A stretch of DNA of 63,152 nt, the filler included, from Pseudovirgaria hyperparasitica (lineage: Eukaryota): the NCBI GenBank assembly GCA_010093815.1. It is 4 parts of 4 records of this genome, joined end to end, with 100 filler letters (N's around TTAATTAATTAA, not from the genome) between each part and the next. Parts side by side here need not be neighbours in the genome. Positions count along the whole stretch, not along the records: positions 59,826 to 63,152 come from ML996616.1; 3 more parts are not named here. The stretch is one strand, 5' to 3'. Of this stretch, positions 62,470 through 63,152 are shown one piece after another. The position numbers were made by a program, and so were the translations under genes. Positions within the stretch are counted from its first letter, which is position 1, and every line of letters starts with the position of its first letter. The notes beneath the pieces are model-generated. The model searched no databases, was not told where the DNA came from, and saw only the letters and a program-made list of their open reading frames with translations.

Positions 62470-62533
62470 CTGCAATACCAGGGCAAGCACAAGGAGGCCG
62501 AGACAAGCCGCGCTAGAAGGGAGAGAGAAGTTG
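62470..62533 (+). pseudogene. Single TPR unit fragment of NB-ARC/NACHT-TPR type
   Basis: LQYQGKHKEAE + frameshift + ALEGREKL; compare consensus L..QGKYEEAE.M.RRALEGREK. Confidence 0.6.
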
Positions 62534-63152
62534 CAATTGCTAGTTAAAATCTAGGCGCGAGTCACTGAAAGATACTCCTGGACGTGATTCGATAGATCCT
62601 GAATAGAATCGAACCTCAGCCCACATATTGGACATTGTGCAGTCGCGATAGCTGGTCCGGAAGAGGTCGCTGAAGACATTGGAAATCTGATTCGATGCGC
62701 ACAATGTTAGTGAAGGCGAACAGTGATCGACAAGCAAGTGACGCGGCTTACATAATTCACATGACTAACACCCGACCAGGCGTTCCGAAATTCTCCGCCA
62801 CACATCCCTTCCACCTGGTGAAAAAACACGACAACAGCGAGAACCGAAATTTTTGGAATTCAGTCGATCAAACGTACGCATATACCTTCTCATTAGGCTA
62901 CTTGACTTGCTGTGAGCCAGGCGCATCGCCCAGTGCGACCCGGACACCATGGCAGCCGCGTGGCCTCAAGTGATGGTGTGGCCCACCGCGCTCCGCGAGC
63001 ACGCAACTCATCTCAGCAAGCACCTGCGAGACATCCTCCTCAACATCGAACGCTCGCAGGATCAACCAGTGCCCTCCGATCAGGTCAAAAATATCATTAT
63101 GGGCACGCTCGGCCTGGTCCTTAAGATGCAGAACAACCCCGACGTCAGCACG

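Overview
Fungal (filamentous ascomycete) accessory, repeat-rich DNA. It is four contigs joined by artificial 100-nt N/TTAATTAATTAA spacers, so order and orientation across the gaps are unverified. The most striking structure is a 4,777-bp cassette carrying an intact two-exon HET-NACHT-WD40 (het-e/het-d-like HNWD) NLR gene. It has no transposase, is bounded by ~540-bp imperfect terminal inverted repeats, and ends in TA|ACGT...ACGT|TA like a pogo/Fot1-type element. It occurs twice in inverted orientation (28184-32960 and 48785-53561). The two copies bracket ~15.8 kb holding an intact Mx-like dynamin GTPase, an LTR-less Ty3/Gypsy fragment, an F-box/ankyrin/Cys-rich gene, a 5'-truncated FTF-type transcription factor, a RIM2-like carrier fragment and a RIP-damaged full-length pogo transposon. 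An unoccupied paralog of the target sequence at ~19.8-19.9 kb shows that both the pogo element and the inner end of the second NLR cassette sit exactly at TA dinucleotides. The rest of the window is a mosaic: hypothetical genes, small TF-like genes (Myb/SANT, MADS-like, Zn2Cys6-like), gene fragments (ferric reductase, FTA2 kinase-like, hAT, LINE, GH18, single ANK and TPR units), foldback MITE-like elements, a perfect 72-bp palindrome, GGCTCAGTAA motif arrays, and many short deletion-riddled duplications, including a ~1.2-kb direct repeat near the two window ends. The gene content resembles Starship-type cargo, but no captain tyrosine recombinase is visible. All alignments and family calls were made by eye; boundaries of fragments are approximate.
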